A stretch of DNA of 64,000 bases from an uncultured archaeon. Lineage in GTDB: Archaea; Aenigmatarchaeota; Aenigmatarchaeia; QMZP01; JACQNV01. Numbering within the stretch: position 1 is the first letter of the stretch; each line of letters opens with the position of its first letter. The DNA lies in assembly GCA_964410585.1 (NCBI GenBank), contig CAYPFW010000003.1:52465-116464 (forward strand), read 5' to 3'. The notes beneath the pieces were generated by a model that was not told the origin of the DNA, ran no database searches, and saw only the letters and a list, made by a program, of their open reading frames with translations. A program made the position numbers and the translations under genes. Below, piece after piece: positions 47,393 to 57,388 of the stretch.

Positions 47393-48348
47393 GACTTATA
47401 CCAATTTATTGTTTCTTTTAAACCATTTTCGAAAGAGTATTTTGGTAACCATCCTAAAATACTTTTTGCCTTTGAAGAATCTAGATATTGCCTATTTATT
47501 TCATTTTTTGCTTCCCCCAATATTTTAATTTTGAGATTGTATTGCTTCCCACCAATATCTGCTATTTTGTTTACAAGGGATTTAACACTTATGGGTTTCC
47601 CTGTTCCAAAATTAAAAGCTTCTCCTCTGACTTCTTTTCTATGTAGATTTTTTGCCAATGTCAAATAGGCATTTACAGCGTCTTTAACATACATGTAGTC
47701 GCGCTCCAATGTCCCATCACTTCTAATTAAAAATTCTTTTTGGGTTAGCATACATCTAATAGCATCAGGAACTATTCTGCTAAAATTCATATCACCGCCA
47801 CCATATATGTTGGCATTTCTAGTTATAGCCACTGGGAGAGAATAAGTTTTGAAGTAGCATCTAGAAAGTATATCTGTGCATGCCTTTGATGCATCATATG
47901 GAAAAGACCCAAGTAAAGGGTTATCTTCTGTATAAGGAAGCTTTTCCTGTATTCCGTAGGCCTTGTCACTTGATGCAACAACTATTCTTTTTACTGTTTC
48001 CGTGACCCTAGAGGCTTCTAACACATTCCATGTTCCTTTTATATTGGATTCAAAGGTTGAAAGGGGACTTCTGTTAGCGGTTTGTACAAGTGCTTGCGCT
48101 GCTAAATGGAAACATGTATCAATACTATACTCATTGAGTACTCTTTCAACAGTTGAATAATTGACTATATCACCTATAACAATGTTGACCTTATCTTCGA
48201 TTTTTAGTAGCTTGTAGCCTGGATTTTTTCTTAAATCCCTTGTTATTATTGTTACATTAGCTCCACTTTCAACTAATTCCTTCGCCAGCCAACTAGCAAT
48301 AAAACCATCTGCTCCAGTCACAAAAACATTCAAATCTTGCCAGTCCAT
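47371..48348 (-). CDS. rfbG: CDP-glucose 4,6-dehydratase-like SDR
   Basis: HLAAQALV, ASSDKAYG, YDASK, NIYGGGD; directly downstream of rfbF. Confidence 0.75.
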   Translation of the reverse strand: MDWQDLNVFVTGADGFIASWLAKELVESGANVTIITRDLRKNPGYKLLKIEDKVNIVIGDIVNYSTVERVLNEYSIDTCFHLAAQALVQTANRSPLSTFESNIKGTWNVLEASRVTETVKRIVVASSDKAYGIQEKLPYTEDNPLLGSFPYDASKACTDILSRCYFKTYSLPVAITRNANIYGGGDMNFSRIVPDAIRCMLTQKEFLIRSDGTLERDYMYVKDAVNAYLTLAKNLHRKEVRGEAFNFGTGKPISVKSLVNKIADIGGKQYNLKIKILGEAKNEINRQYLDSSKAKSILGWLPKYSFENGLKETINWYKSYLIDSS

Positions 48349-48349
48349 A

Positions 48350-49054
48350 CTAATCTTTCCAAACCTTCCAAAATGCCTTTCCATTTATCCATAGGTCATG
48401 AAGCTCAAGATTGTCTTTTAGGGTATTCATAGATTTCCATTGTCCTTTATGTTTATATGCGCATATTTGCCTGTTTTTTGCCAATTCGGGGAAAACAACA
48501 TCTTCAAGCTCACCTGAATCAAGGCAATTGAAAATTTTTTTATTGAAAACCATAAAACCACCGTTCATCCAGTATTCTAGGGTTGGTTTTTCCTTAAAAT
48601 GAGTTATCACATTATCTTCATTCATTTCTATCACACCAAAATGGGAAATTAGCTTTACTCCAGTTACAGTAGCTGTAAGTCCCATGTATTCGTGGAACTT
48701 CAATAACTTATTAAAATCAACATTGGAAACATCATCACCATAACTTACAAAAAAGTTTTCATCATCTATGAGACTTTTGATTTTTAGTAGCCTTTGCGAC
48801 TTTGTAGAATTTTCTCCTGTCTCAACAAACTCAATTTTCCATTTCTCGTGATTATTGTTTTCAAAATACTCCTTTATTTTTTCACCCCTATACCCTAAAC
48901 ATAGGATAAAATCCTCGAAACCATATGACGAATAAAGTTTCATTATATGCCACAAAACAGGTTTCTCGCCTATTTGCATTAAAGGCTTGGGTATCTTTTC
49001 TGAAGCATCACCCATTCTTGTCCCCTTTCCACCACAAAGGATTACAGTTTTCAT
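48350..49054 (-). CDS. rfbF: Glucose-1-phosphate cytidylyltransferase-like
   Basis: ILCGGKGTR, PKP, LWHIMK.Y, YGDD, NGGF, W..MNT. Confidence 0.8.
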   Translation of the reverse strand: MKTVILCGGKGTRMGDASEKIPKPLMQIGEKPVLWHIMKLYSSYGFEDFILCLGYRGEKIKEYFENNNHEKWKIEFVETGENSTKSQRLLKIKSLIDDENFFVSYGDDVSNVDFNKLLKFHEYMGLTATVTGVKLISHFGVIEMNEDNVITHFKEKPTLEYWMNGGFMVFNKKIFNCLDSGELEDVVFPELAKNRQICAYKHKGQWKSMNTLKDNLELHDLWINGKAFWKVWKD

Positions 49055-49057
49055 AAT

Positions 49058-50128
49058 TCAGAAGTGTATTCTTGAGCTTTGACCTATAATAAATCTATGT
49101 CCTTTAGGAAGCTTGCTTGTTTCTATTACTTCACAGTTTTCTCCTATTATACTATCGACTATTTTTTCTTTTACTTTTATTATTGTATTTCCTATTATAA
49201 TTGAATCCTCTATGTTTCCTTCCTCTATTATTGTATTATCACCAACAGCAGTATAAGGCCCTATATAAGTGTTTGGACCAATATTACAGTTTTTACCTAT
49301 CGCAACCGGACCTTTTATTACAGTTCCTGTCTTTATAATTGAATTTTCTCCTATTGAGACTCTACCATTTATTTCTGTATCATTTTCAATCTTACCATCA
49401 TTTTCAGGTTTCATATCTTCTAAAACCAATCTATTTGCTTCAAGTATATCTTCCGGCTTCCCAGTATCCTTCCACCAACCTTTTATTATATGAATTTTAA
49501 TTACTTTTCCTTCTTGTAAAACGCTATCTATTGCTTCTGTAATCTCAAGCTCATTTCTCCAGGAGGGTTTTAGCCTATTTATAACATCGTAGATGGTTGG
49601 TCTAAATATATAAACCCCAACCAAAGCTAAATTGGAAGTTGGATTTTTTGGTTTCTCTACAAACTTCAAAATTTTTCCATTTTTGTCAATTTCAGCAACA
49701 CCAAATCTTTCTGGGTTTTTTACAGGACAAACTGCTACAACAGATTCTGGTTTAGTTTTATTAAAATCTTCGATTAGGCCAAGTATACCATTTTTTAGTA
49801 AATTGTCCCCAAGATGGACTATGAAGGGGCTGTCTTTTGTGAAATCTTTAGCACAATAAACTGCATGGGCTATGCCCCTTGGCTCGCCCTGAAATATGTA
49901 AGTTATTTTAACATTGAATTTTGATCCATCGCCTAAATACTTCTTAACCGATTCCGGATCATTATTACCTAAAATTACTCCAATTTCTGATATGCCTGCC
50001 GATCTTAGGTTTTCAACAACATAATAAAGCATGGGCCTATTTGCGATAGGTATAAGGTGTTTGTTAGATGTGTATGTTATTGGTCTTAACCTACTTCCTG
50101 TACCACCAGCTAATATTAGGCCTTTCAT
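49058..50128 (-). CDS. rmlA: Glucose-1-phosphate thymidylyltransferase, long archaeal form
   Basis: LAGGTGSRLRP, LGDN, EKP, ELEIT, WWKDTG, C-terminal hexapeptide repeats. Confidence 0.9.
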   Translation of the reverse strand: MKGLILAGGTGSRLRPITYTSNKHLIPIANRPMLYYVVENLRSAGISEIGVILGNNDPESVKKYLGDGSKFNVKITYIFQGEPRGIAHAVYCAKDFTKDSPFIVHLGDNLLKNGILGLIEDFNKTKPESVVAVCPVKNPERFGVAEIDKNGKILKFVEKPKNPTSNLALVGVYIFRPTIYDVINRLKPSWRNELEITEAIDSVLQEGKVIKIHIIKGWWKDTGKPEDILEANRLVLEDMKPENDGKIENDTEINGRVSIGENSIIKTGTVIKGPVAIGKNCNIGPNTYIGPYTAVGDNTIIEEGNIEDSIIIGNTIIKVKEKIVDSIIGENCEVIETSKLPKGHRFIIGQSSRIHF

Positions 50129-50246
50129 ATTCAAAATATCAACTTTAAACATCTTTATTTATAAACTTCGCACAAAATTGAACCAAGTTTCACTAGGCTC
50201 TTGGACAAGGTATAATCTTAATAAATACAAACTAAGAGAAACAAAT

Positions 50247-51083
50247 ATGAAGTGTATAATTTTTGGTAGACATAGTTGGCTTGGACATAAAATTAGAGAA
50301 TATCTAATTAGTTACGGATATAATGTAACTCTGTCTTCATGTGATGTAACGGATTTGCCAGCTATTTGGAAAGAGTTAAAACCCGATTATGATATTGTCA
50401 TCAATTGTGCCGGAAAAACAGGCATTCCAAACATAGATTGGTGTGAAGACCATAAACCCGAAACGTTCGCTGTTAATACGATAGGTCCGCTAAACCTCAT
50501 TACAGTTTGCCAAGAGAAAAAAATTTATATGGTTCATTTAGGGAGTGGATGCATCTTTGATGGAGTTGGGTATGATAAGCCTATAACAGAGGATGCGCCT
50601 GCCTCGCCTCCAAGCTTCTATAGCTGGACAAAATACTGGGCTGACGAAATTTTGAAACATTTCCCGGTGCTAATTTTGAGGATAAGAATGCCTGTCGATT
50701 CTTATCCAAACCCCAGGAATCTTATAACAAAGCTTACAAGATATCAGAAGATCATTGATGTTGAGAATTCTATAACTATTGTAGAAGATTTTTTAGTTGC
50801 ATTAAAAGTACTGATAAATAAGAAAAAAACAGGAATATATAACGTTGTAAATCCTGGATCTATTAACCATAAAGAAATTTTAGAACTATATAAAAAATTT
50901 GTTAATCCGAGACATAATTATGAATTAATTAAACCAGAGGAGCTTAAAAGCCTTGGATTGGTCAAGGCATCTAGATCCAATTGCATTTTAAGCACCAATA
51001 AACTAGAAAAAGAAGGTATAAAACTCAGACCAATAAAAATAGGTCTAGAACAAACTATAAAAGAGTATTCAAATCATGTGTAA
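50247..51083 (+). CDS. Bifunctional NDP-4-keto-6-deoxyglucose 3,5-epimerase/4-reductase (plant NRS/ER-UER1-like)
   Basis: AGKTGIPNIDWCEDHK, SGCIF, SFYSWTK, LRIRMP, PRNLITKL..Y..I.DVENSIT match the NRS/ER pattern; start MKCIIFG. Confidence 0.8.
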   Translation: MKCIIFGRHSWLGHKIREYLISYGYNVTLSSCDVTDLPAIWKELKPDYDIVINCAGKTGIPNIDWCEDHKPETFAVNTIGPLNLITVCQEKKIYMVHLGSGCIFDGVGYDKPITEDAPASPPSFYSWTKYWADEILKHFPVLILRIRMPVDSYPNPRNLITKLTRYQKIIDVENSITIVEDFLVALKVLINKKKTGIYNVVNPGSINHKEILELYKKFVNPRHNYELIKPEELKSLGLVKASRSNCILSTNKLEKEGIKLRPIKIGLEQTIKEYSNHV

Positions 51084-51102
51084 ATATTTAGTATAAGGGT
51101 AT

Positions 51103-52029
51103 ATGGAAATTTTAATAACTGGTGGATCTGGATTCATTGGTTCTAATTTTGTTAGAGAGGTTTCTTCGAACACCACGTGGAAAATAACAGTCCTGGATAA
51201 GCTAACATATGCTGGTAAGCTTTCTAATTTGGAAGGTGTTCTGGATAAGATAAAATTTGTGAAAGGTGACATATGTAATAAAAATTTAGTAAATAATTTA
51301 GTTTCAAAATCTGATGTTGTTGTAAACTTTGCTGCAGAAACTCATGTTGATAGAAGCATAAATAATGCTAAAAATTTTATTAAATCTAATGTAAATGGTG
51401 TATATACTATTTTGGAAGCCTGTAGAAAGACTGACAAGAAACTTTTGCAAATTTCAACAGATGAGGTTTATGGGAGCATAGAGGTTGGTTCTTTCACAGA
51501 GGGGAGTAAGCTAAACCCAAGGAATCCTTACTCTGCAACAAAAGCTACCGGGGATCTATTAGCAATTTCTTACTACACAACCTATGGTCTTAAGGTTGCT
51601 ATAACTAGGAGCTGTAACAATTTTGGATTTTATCAAGATAAAGAAAAGTTTATCCCAAAAATAATAATTAGCGCACTAAAAAACAAAAAAATACCTGTTT
51701 ATAAAGATGGAAAAAATATTAGAGATTGGATTTTTGTCACAGATAATTGTAATGCCATAGAAACAGTTATAAATAAGGGGAGGTTTTTAGGCGAAATTTA
51801 TAATATTTCGGGGTACAATGAACTGACAAATATCAATCTAGTTAAAATTATCTTGGACTATTTAAAAAAACCACATAGCTTAATAAGTTTTATTGAAGAT
51901 AGAAAGGGACATGATTTTAGATATTCTATAAAATCCGAAAAAATTAGAGACCTTGGATGGAAACCAAAGTGCAGTTTTCAGGAAGCAATAAAAAAAACTA
52001 TCGATTGGTATAAACTAATATCTTCCTAA
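51103..52029 (+). CDS. rmlB: dTDP-glucose 4,6-dehydratase
   Basis: DKLTYAG, AAETHVDRSI, STDEVYG, YSATK, DRKGHDFRY. Confidence 0.95.
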   Translation: MEILITGGSGFIGSNFVREVSSNTTWKITVLDKLTYAGKLSNLEGVLDKIKFVKGDICNKNLVNNLVSKSDVVVNFAAETHVDRSINNAKNFIKSNVNGVYTILEACRKTDKKLLQISTDEVYGSIEVGSFTEGSKLNPRNPYSATKATGDLLAISYYTTYGLKVAITRSCNNFGFYQDKEKFIPKIIISALKNKKIPVYKDGKNIRDWIFVTDNCNAIETVINKGRFLGEIYNISGYNELTNINLVKIILDYLKKPHSLISFIEDRKGHDFRYSIKSEKIRDLGWKPKCSFQEAIKKTIDWYKLISS

Positions 52030-52728
52030 TATATATTTGATTATGAGATATACTATCTCCAAACCATATGAGAATGGATTTGCTGCTGTAACATTTTCTT
52101 TATAATGAACAGATATTGGGGTTTCAACTATTTTACACTTACTATCTAAAAGATTTAGTATAACTTGACTATCAAAATAATATTTGTTTGTAAGATTTTC
52201 AAATTTCATGCTTTTAATTGCCCTTTTTGAATATACTCTATAACCTGTATGAAATTCTGTTATCTTAGTTCCAAAAGCTACATTTTCTAGCCACGTAAGA
52301 AATTTATTACCTAGAATTTTATAAACGGGTACACTACCCTCTATCATTTTCCCCCCCAAAATCCTTGAACCTAAAACAACATCTGAGCTTTGATTTATTG
52401 CATCATCTAAAAGATTTATCATTTCTTTTGGATCATATTGACCATCGTCATGTAGAAGGACAACATAGTCAATTTTGTGTTTTAGTGCTTCTTTATATAA
52501 TGTTTTTTGTGCCCCACCATATCCCTGATTCTTTTTATGAAACAAGAGAATCATTTCTGGCATTTTTCTTTTTATTCTATTTAAAACACTTAGCGTTTTG
52601 TCTGTGCTTTTATCATCAACTACTATAAACTTATCATAAATTTTTGGTGTCTTATTTATTACAGACTCTATCTTAAAGTCAGCATTGTAGGCCGGCATTA
52701 CAACTGCAATTTTTTTGTTTTTGTACAT
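52015..52728 (-). CDS. GT2 dolichol-phosphate sugar synthase-like
   Basis: MPAYN, DDKSTD, NQGYGGAQK, HDDGQY, EFHTGYR. Confidence 0.9.
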   Translation of the reverse strand: MYKNKKIAVVMPAYNADFKIESVINKTPKIYDKFIVVDDKSTDKTLSVLNRIKRKMPEMILLFHKKNQGYGGAQKTLYKEALKHKIDYVVLLHDDGQYDPKEMINLLDDAINQSSDVVLGSRILGGKMIEGSVPVYKILGNKFLTWLENVAFGTKITEFHTGYRVYSKRAIKSMKFENLTNKYYFDSQVILNLLDSKCKIVETPISVHYKENVTAANPFSYGLEIVYLIIKYILGRY

Positions 52729-52736
52729 AGACGATT

Positions 52737-54182
52737 TTACACACCACTATATATTATTATCTCCTTTTCATTAACCTTGAACGATTTTAATATTGGTCTA
52801 TCTCTTATTTTAGACAGAGTCTCTTTATTAAAGTTGCCATAGGCTTCTACTATTATTAGATCGGCTTTATCAATATTATCTGGAGTGGGTTGATTTAGAA
52901 CATTTATACCGTTCTTTTTCCATTGTCTACGGCCAACGTTTGTGTATATACTTGAATCTTCAACAAGTGGATATGTTGCAAGAATAGTTGTGTTCTTTTG
53001 ATGCAAAAAAATATAGTCGAGAGCGTTTCCCTGAACCGAAACTATATCTATATAATCTAAGCTTAGTTCACTGCTTCTAATTGATGATATAGGATTATCA
53101 GACAATAAGCCCTGGAATATTGGATCTTGTATAGCACCTTTAATCCCCCAATTAAATCTGTATGTTGATATAAACAATATTATAACTAATAAAACAATAA
53201 GTTTCTTTGATTTTATTTTATTTATTGACACAGCACCTAAAATGATAAACAAAGGAACAATTGGTAAAGTATATCTTGAAAGAAAAAATATTGGCGGTAG
53301 GGAGAAAAATGTAAAATAGAGAATAGATATTATAAATAAAGGACATAAATCGTGATCAACAAATCTTCTATAAATATTTTTTCTATATGATATATAATCC
53401 GCTTTAACTAAGTAAAAAATTATAATAAGTAAAACCCAACTATAATTCCATATACCCACTTGATAGATTATTGCAGCTAGTTTCTGTAGAACAAGCGATA
53501 AGCTGGACGTTTCTGCTAAATATCCACCAATACCAATTTTTTCTATATTCGGTAAAAGGAAAGTTCCCCAAACCACAACTAGAATTAAAGGGGATGCTAA
53601 AACTAAAAGCCTTTTTAGTGACTGTTTTTTAAGAATGGAATAAAAAATTATTGCAATAATAGCCAAAAACCCTGGTTCCTTTATTAAAACAAGTATAGAA
53701 GCTGCTACTAAATAAAATTTGAGGTTACTGGTCATAAAAAAATAAAGAGTTATAATTGTCATTGCAGTAAGCGGAACGTCATATAAAAGCTGACCACTGA
53801 GAGAAAAATACATTGGTGAAAAAAAAAGCATTATTGAAGCTATAAACCCAACAAAAGAATTATAAGTCCTTCTCCCAATCAAATAGATGAAGTATGCTCC
53901 TAAGAAGGAGAAGAGGGCTATAATTAAATTAGATAAAAATGGACTTTCACCGAAAACTCTATAAAGTACTGACATTGACCAAGGAATGAATGGTGTATGA
54001 ACAACTATTCCTGGCGGTATGGAAAGTAAACTATGTTGAGTATAGTATTTAGATTGTGACGCAACAACTAAAGAATCCCAGTCATAATCAATGCCCATTG
54101 TTGGTAATTTAGTTAAAAAAACTAACAAAAACAAAAATAAGGCCATAAAAAATTTGTTTTCTACTAATCTTAGGTTTCGCAT
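52737..54182 (-). CDS. GT-C fold membrane glycosyltransferase
   Basis: YDWD acidic loop, HTP, LIKE, SRY; many TMs; start uncertain. Confidence 0.75.
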   Translation of the reverse strand: MRNLRLVENKFFMALFLFLLVFLTKLPTMGIDYDWDSLVVASQSKYYTQHSLLSIPPGIVVHTPFIPWSMSVLYRVFGESPFLSNLIIALFSFLGAYFIYLIGRRTYNSFVGFIASIMLFFSPMYFSLSGQLLYDVPLTAMTIITLYFFMTSNLKFYLVAASILVLIKEPGFLAIIAIIFYSILKKQSLKRLLVLASPLILVVVWGTFLLPNIEKIGIGGYLAETSSLSLVLQKLAAIIYQVGIWNYSWVLLIIIFYLVKADYISYRKNIYRRFVDHDLCPLFIISILYFTFFSLPPIFFLSRYTLPIVPLFIILGAVSINKIKSKKLIVLLVIILFISTYRFNWGIKGAIQDPIFQGLLSDNPISSIRSSELSLDYIDIVSVQGNALDYIFLHQKNTTILATYPLVEDSSIYTNVGRRQWKKNGINVLNQPTPDNIDKADLIIVEAYGNFNKETLSKIRDRPILKSFKVNEKEIIIYSGV

Positions 54183-55684
54183 ATTTTTTCTCCTGTTAGA
54201 CATATATAGTTGCAAAGTCTTTCCGGGATTTTGTTTTTAAAGTTTTTATATACATAAACTTCTGTTGTTAGGTTATTTTCTGATACAGAAAATGAAAGTG
54301 AAATATTGTCTTTTATCTTTTCTATTGTTTTATCCTTAGACCAAGTAGAGTAAACAATAAAATAGACGTTTGATTCGTCAAGTATTTTTAATATATCTTC
54401 TCTTTCCTTATCCAAAAAAACACAGGATCTCAAAATTGGTGACTTAATGTTTTTTAAGGCAAGGTTTGCTATTAATACAGATGAAAAAAACGGCTCATCA
54501 TCCGATAACAAGGCTATACCAGAGTCTTCTGGGATATTTTTATATATTTTTTCTATTATTTTTTCTTGCGGATAGGTTTGAATTGTTGGTATAAAAATTA
54601 CTAACGAAACTATTAAATAAAGTACTGTAAGCGAAATTAAAAACTTATTTTTAAATTTAGATAGAATTAAAGATGTTGAGATATAGGCCGGCAACAAAAA
54701 TAATTGGGAGAATCTAAGCTCTTTGTTTGGTATTATAGATAATGATACATAAAAAATTAAAAAAAATATTAAAAATTCTTTCCAATATTTTTCTCTTTTG
54801 TAGATATAAAAGACAAGACACAGAAGAAAAATTGGTGTAAATGGTGCAAAAGAAAATGGTACTATCAAGAAATACAGCCAAAAAAATGGGTCTAGTAGAT
54901 TTGTTGGCTCTCCTTGCTGAGATGCATATCCAACTGCAACAATTTTATTTATTTCAAATCCACCAACGCTATTCAAAATAAGAATGTATGGAGATATGAA
55001 AAATATAATTAAAATCAAATACACTAGTAAAAACCATATTCTTTTGTATTTAAGATCTTTTCTAGACAATAGGTAGACTAAAAAAAATAAAACAAGAATA
55101 ACTGAAATTTGTTTAGCTAGTATAGCTAGCACCGTAGTTATTGACAGGAGCACAAAGTGTTTATAGCTTTTTTTCTCTAGAGCCTGAGTAAAAACAAGAA
55201 TGGATAAAAGAATAAAGAAATATGAAGCAAAATCCTGAAAAGCCCTAGAGACATAAAGCAGGCTATACGTTGATAATGAGAAGAAAATTGTAGACACAAA
55301 TGCTATCTTAGGATTAAAATATTTTTTAACTAATAAATAAAAAACAGAAAATGTTAAAATGGAGTAAACTAAATTAACCAATCTTGCAACGAACACTGAT
55401 GATCCAAAAAAGGTGAAAGCTAAGGAATTTGTGAGATGAAAAAGAGGAGGATATGCTATTTGGAGCTTAGGATAGTAAACAAGATAGTTTATACCAAATT
55501 TGTATAGATTATCAAATGATAAACCTGTTTGAGGGATTGATGACAACAAATCTTTATAGAACTTAGAAAGGAGTATGTGTGTGCCTTCATCGGAGAAAAC
55601 ATAATTGTATGTAAATGAGTATATTAAAAATACTGATAGCACAATTATGTAAAGAATAAACCCTTTATCAAAATTAAGCTTCAT
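54170..55684 (-). CDS. GT-C fold membrane glycosyltransferase (PMT_2-like)
   Basis: SDEGTH, YPPLF, ARL, LAKQ, NKELRF. Confidence 0.8.
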   Translation of the reverse strand: MKLNFDKGFILYIIVLSVFLIYSFTYNYVFSDEGTHILLSKFYKDLLSSIPQTGLSFDNLYKFGINYLVYYPKLQIAYPPLFHLTNSLAFTFFGSSVFVARLVNLVYSILTFSVFYLLVKKYFNPKIAFVSTIFFSLSTYSLLYVSRAFQDFASYFFILLSILVFTQALEKKSYKHFVLLSITTVLAILAKQISVILVLFFLVYLLSRKDLKYKRIWFLLVYLILIIFFISPYILILNSVGGFEINKIVAVGYASQQGEPTNLLDPFFWLYFLIVPFSFAPFTPIFLLCLVFYIYKREKYWKEFLIFFLIFYVSLSIIPNKELRFSQLFLLPAYISTSLILSKFKNKFLISLTVLYLIVSLVIFIPTIQTYPQEKIIEKIYKNIPEDSGIALLSDDEPFFSSVLIANLALKNIKSPILRSCVFLDKEREDILKILDESNVYFIVYSTWSKDKTIEKIKDNISLSFSVSENNLTTEVYVYKNFKNKIPERLCNYICLTGEKICET

Positions 55685-57360
55685 ATAGACCTCTTATAAT
55701 CCACAATCAAATTACACTTTCCTGTTTCATTTATTGTAGTTTTCATAAACCCATATTCATTCATACTTGGATCAATTTTTTTTCCGTTTAGCGTTACTAT
55801 AAGATCCCTATCATATGTTTCTTTTATAGTTAAAATTCCAGGGCTACAGATAAATGTAGCTTCTATTTTCTTGGATTTAGAAATATTTGCCTCTACTTGA
55901 TTGTTATCTATTTCTATATAAGAAAACTTTTCTAACGGGACATATATTACAAAACCGTTTTCCTCCCTTAATATTCTCAAGCCCGGGTTCTTATCGAAAA
56001 ATTCTAAAAGGCTAGGATTTTTTCCAACAACAATATAATTTACCATTCCAGACTTTATCAAAATGTTGTATTCTGTATAATTTATCGAAAGCGGATTTTG
56101 AATTTTTTGTAGATATGGTTGCCTCTTTTCATATAAAAGATTTGTGTTTTGTGATTGGGGAAGCCACCCATTAATTATTTCGACTCCTTTGGTTTCTGGT
56201 AAAAACACTGAATAAAAAGAACATCCAAAACAAAAATCTTCCTCACTATAGAATATTGTTCTATTACCCGTTTCTGGATAAGTAGGTATTGTAGAAAAAT
56301 TAATTGAAAAGAAAGAAAACACAAGTATATTCAATAAAATCAAAACTATTATCAATTTTCTTTTATAATTAAATGATATTAAAACTGATAAGGGTATTAT
56401 CATTAAAACCACAATTCTTTTATAATCAAGTAAAATAAAGAGTATACCAGAAACGACTAGCCATGGGAAAAAGTCCCTGAATATTTTTTCTTTAAACTTT
56501 ACAAAAGAAAACAAAAAACAAATAACTAGAAAAATGGAAAAAATTATGAATAGTTCGTTTGGTATACCAAGCGTATTTAGGCGCTGGTTTGTTGTAAAAG
56601 ATGTGTAAGTTATGGGGTCAGAAATAATTGAAACCCCACCCTCTCTTCCAGAATAAATTCCATCTAAAAAAGGCAAATACCACACGGTTGCTAGTATTCC
56701 AGGTATAACTAATATTGGTAAGAGTTTGTAGAGATTTTTTTTGCCAAACCACCTTGTTAAGAACAATAAAATTATCGAAATAAAGAGAAAAACAGACATT
56801 AAGACATGGCTTAGGAGAACAGCTGTAAGCAATATTATCGGTTTAATCACACTAGAATTTTTATCAAAGGATTTTTGTAAATATATTAAAAAAACAATTG
56901 AAAAAAAGAAAGAGACTATAAATGGCAGGTTTCCATTTTTGAAAAAAACTAAAATAGATGGTGAGAGAGAAAATATCAATAAAGAAATTGATCTTTGTAT
57001 GTTAGATAAATTAATGTTTTTAAGAAAAAGAAAAAAACAGAATGGTATAAGCAACCAAACAGCATCGAAAACCAAATTATATGCTAAATATGTACCAAGA
57101 GATGAAAAACTCACTGCAACTAGATATGAAAGTGGTGGATAGTATTTTAAAAACGGAAAGCCGCCATACCAGTACGGATTCCATCCAGTTATACCATTTT
57201 TTGAGATATAGCTTATTTTAAAAATGTGAGCAGAAAAATCAGATGCATTTAAAGGACCAAGTGTATTTGAAACTGGATACGCCTTCCAGATAAAAAACAT
57301 TAGAATTAAAACCAATGATATGTATAGGATTTTTTCTGGTGTTGCTTTCGGAATTTTCAT
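55681..57360 (-). CDS. PTPS-related/YfhO-like multi-pass membrane protein (GT-C fold)
   Basis: D...H, WNPYWYGGFPFLKYYPPL, LLSH, WYLPF; soluble C-terminal domain. Confidence 0.75.
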   Translation of the reverse strand: MKIPKATPEKILYISLVLILMFFIWKAYPVSNTLGPLNASDFSAHIFKISYISKNGITGWNPYWYGGFPFLKYYPPLSYLVAVSFSSLGTYLAYNLVFDAVWLLIPFCFFLFLKNINLSNIQRSISLLIFSLSPSILVFFKNGNLPFIVSFFFSIVFLIYLQKSFDKNSSVIKPIILLTAVLLSHVLMSVFLFISIILLFLTRWFGKKNLYKLLPILVIPGILATVWYLPFLDGIYSGREGGVSIISDPITYTSFTTNQRLNTLGIPNELFIIFSIFLVICFLFSFVKFKEKIFRDFFPWLVVSGILFILLDYKRIVVLMIIPLSVLISFNYKRKLIIVLILLNILVFSFFSINFSTIPTYPETGNRTIFYSEEDFCFGCSFYSVFLPETKGVEIINGWLPQSQNTNLLYEKRQPYLQKIQNPLSINYTEYNILIKSGMVNYIVVGKNPSLLEFFDKNPGLRILREENGFVIYVPLEKFSYIEIDNNQVEANISKSKKIEATFICSPGILTIKETYDRDLIVTLNGKKIDPSMNEYGFMKTTINETGKCNLIVDYKRSI

Positions 57361-57388
57361 ATTGTTGGTGAGTATTGAGGCTTAAAAA

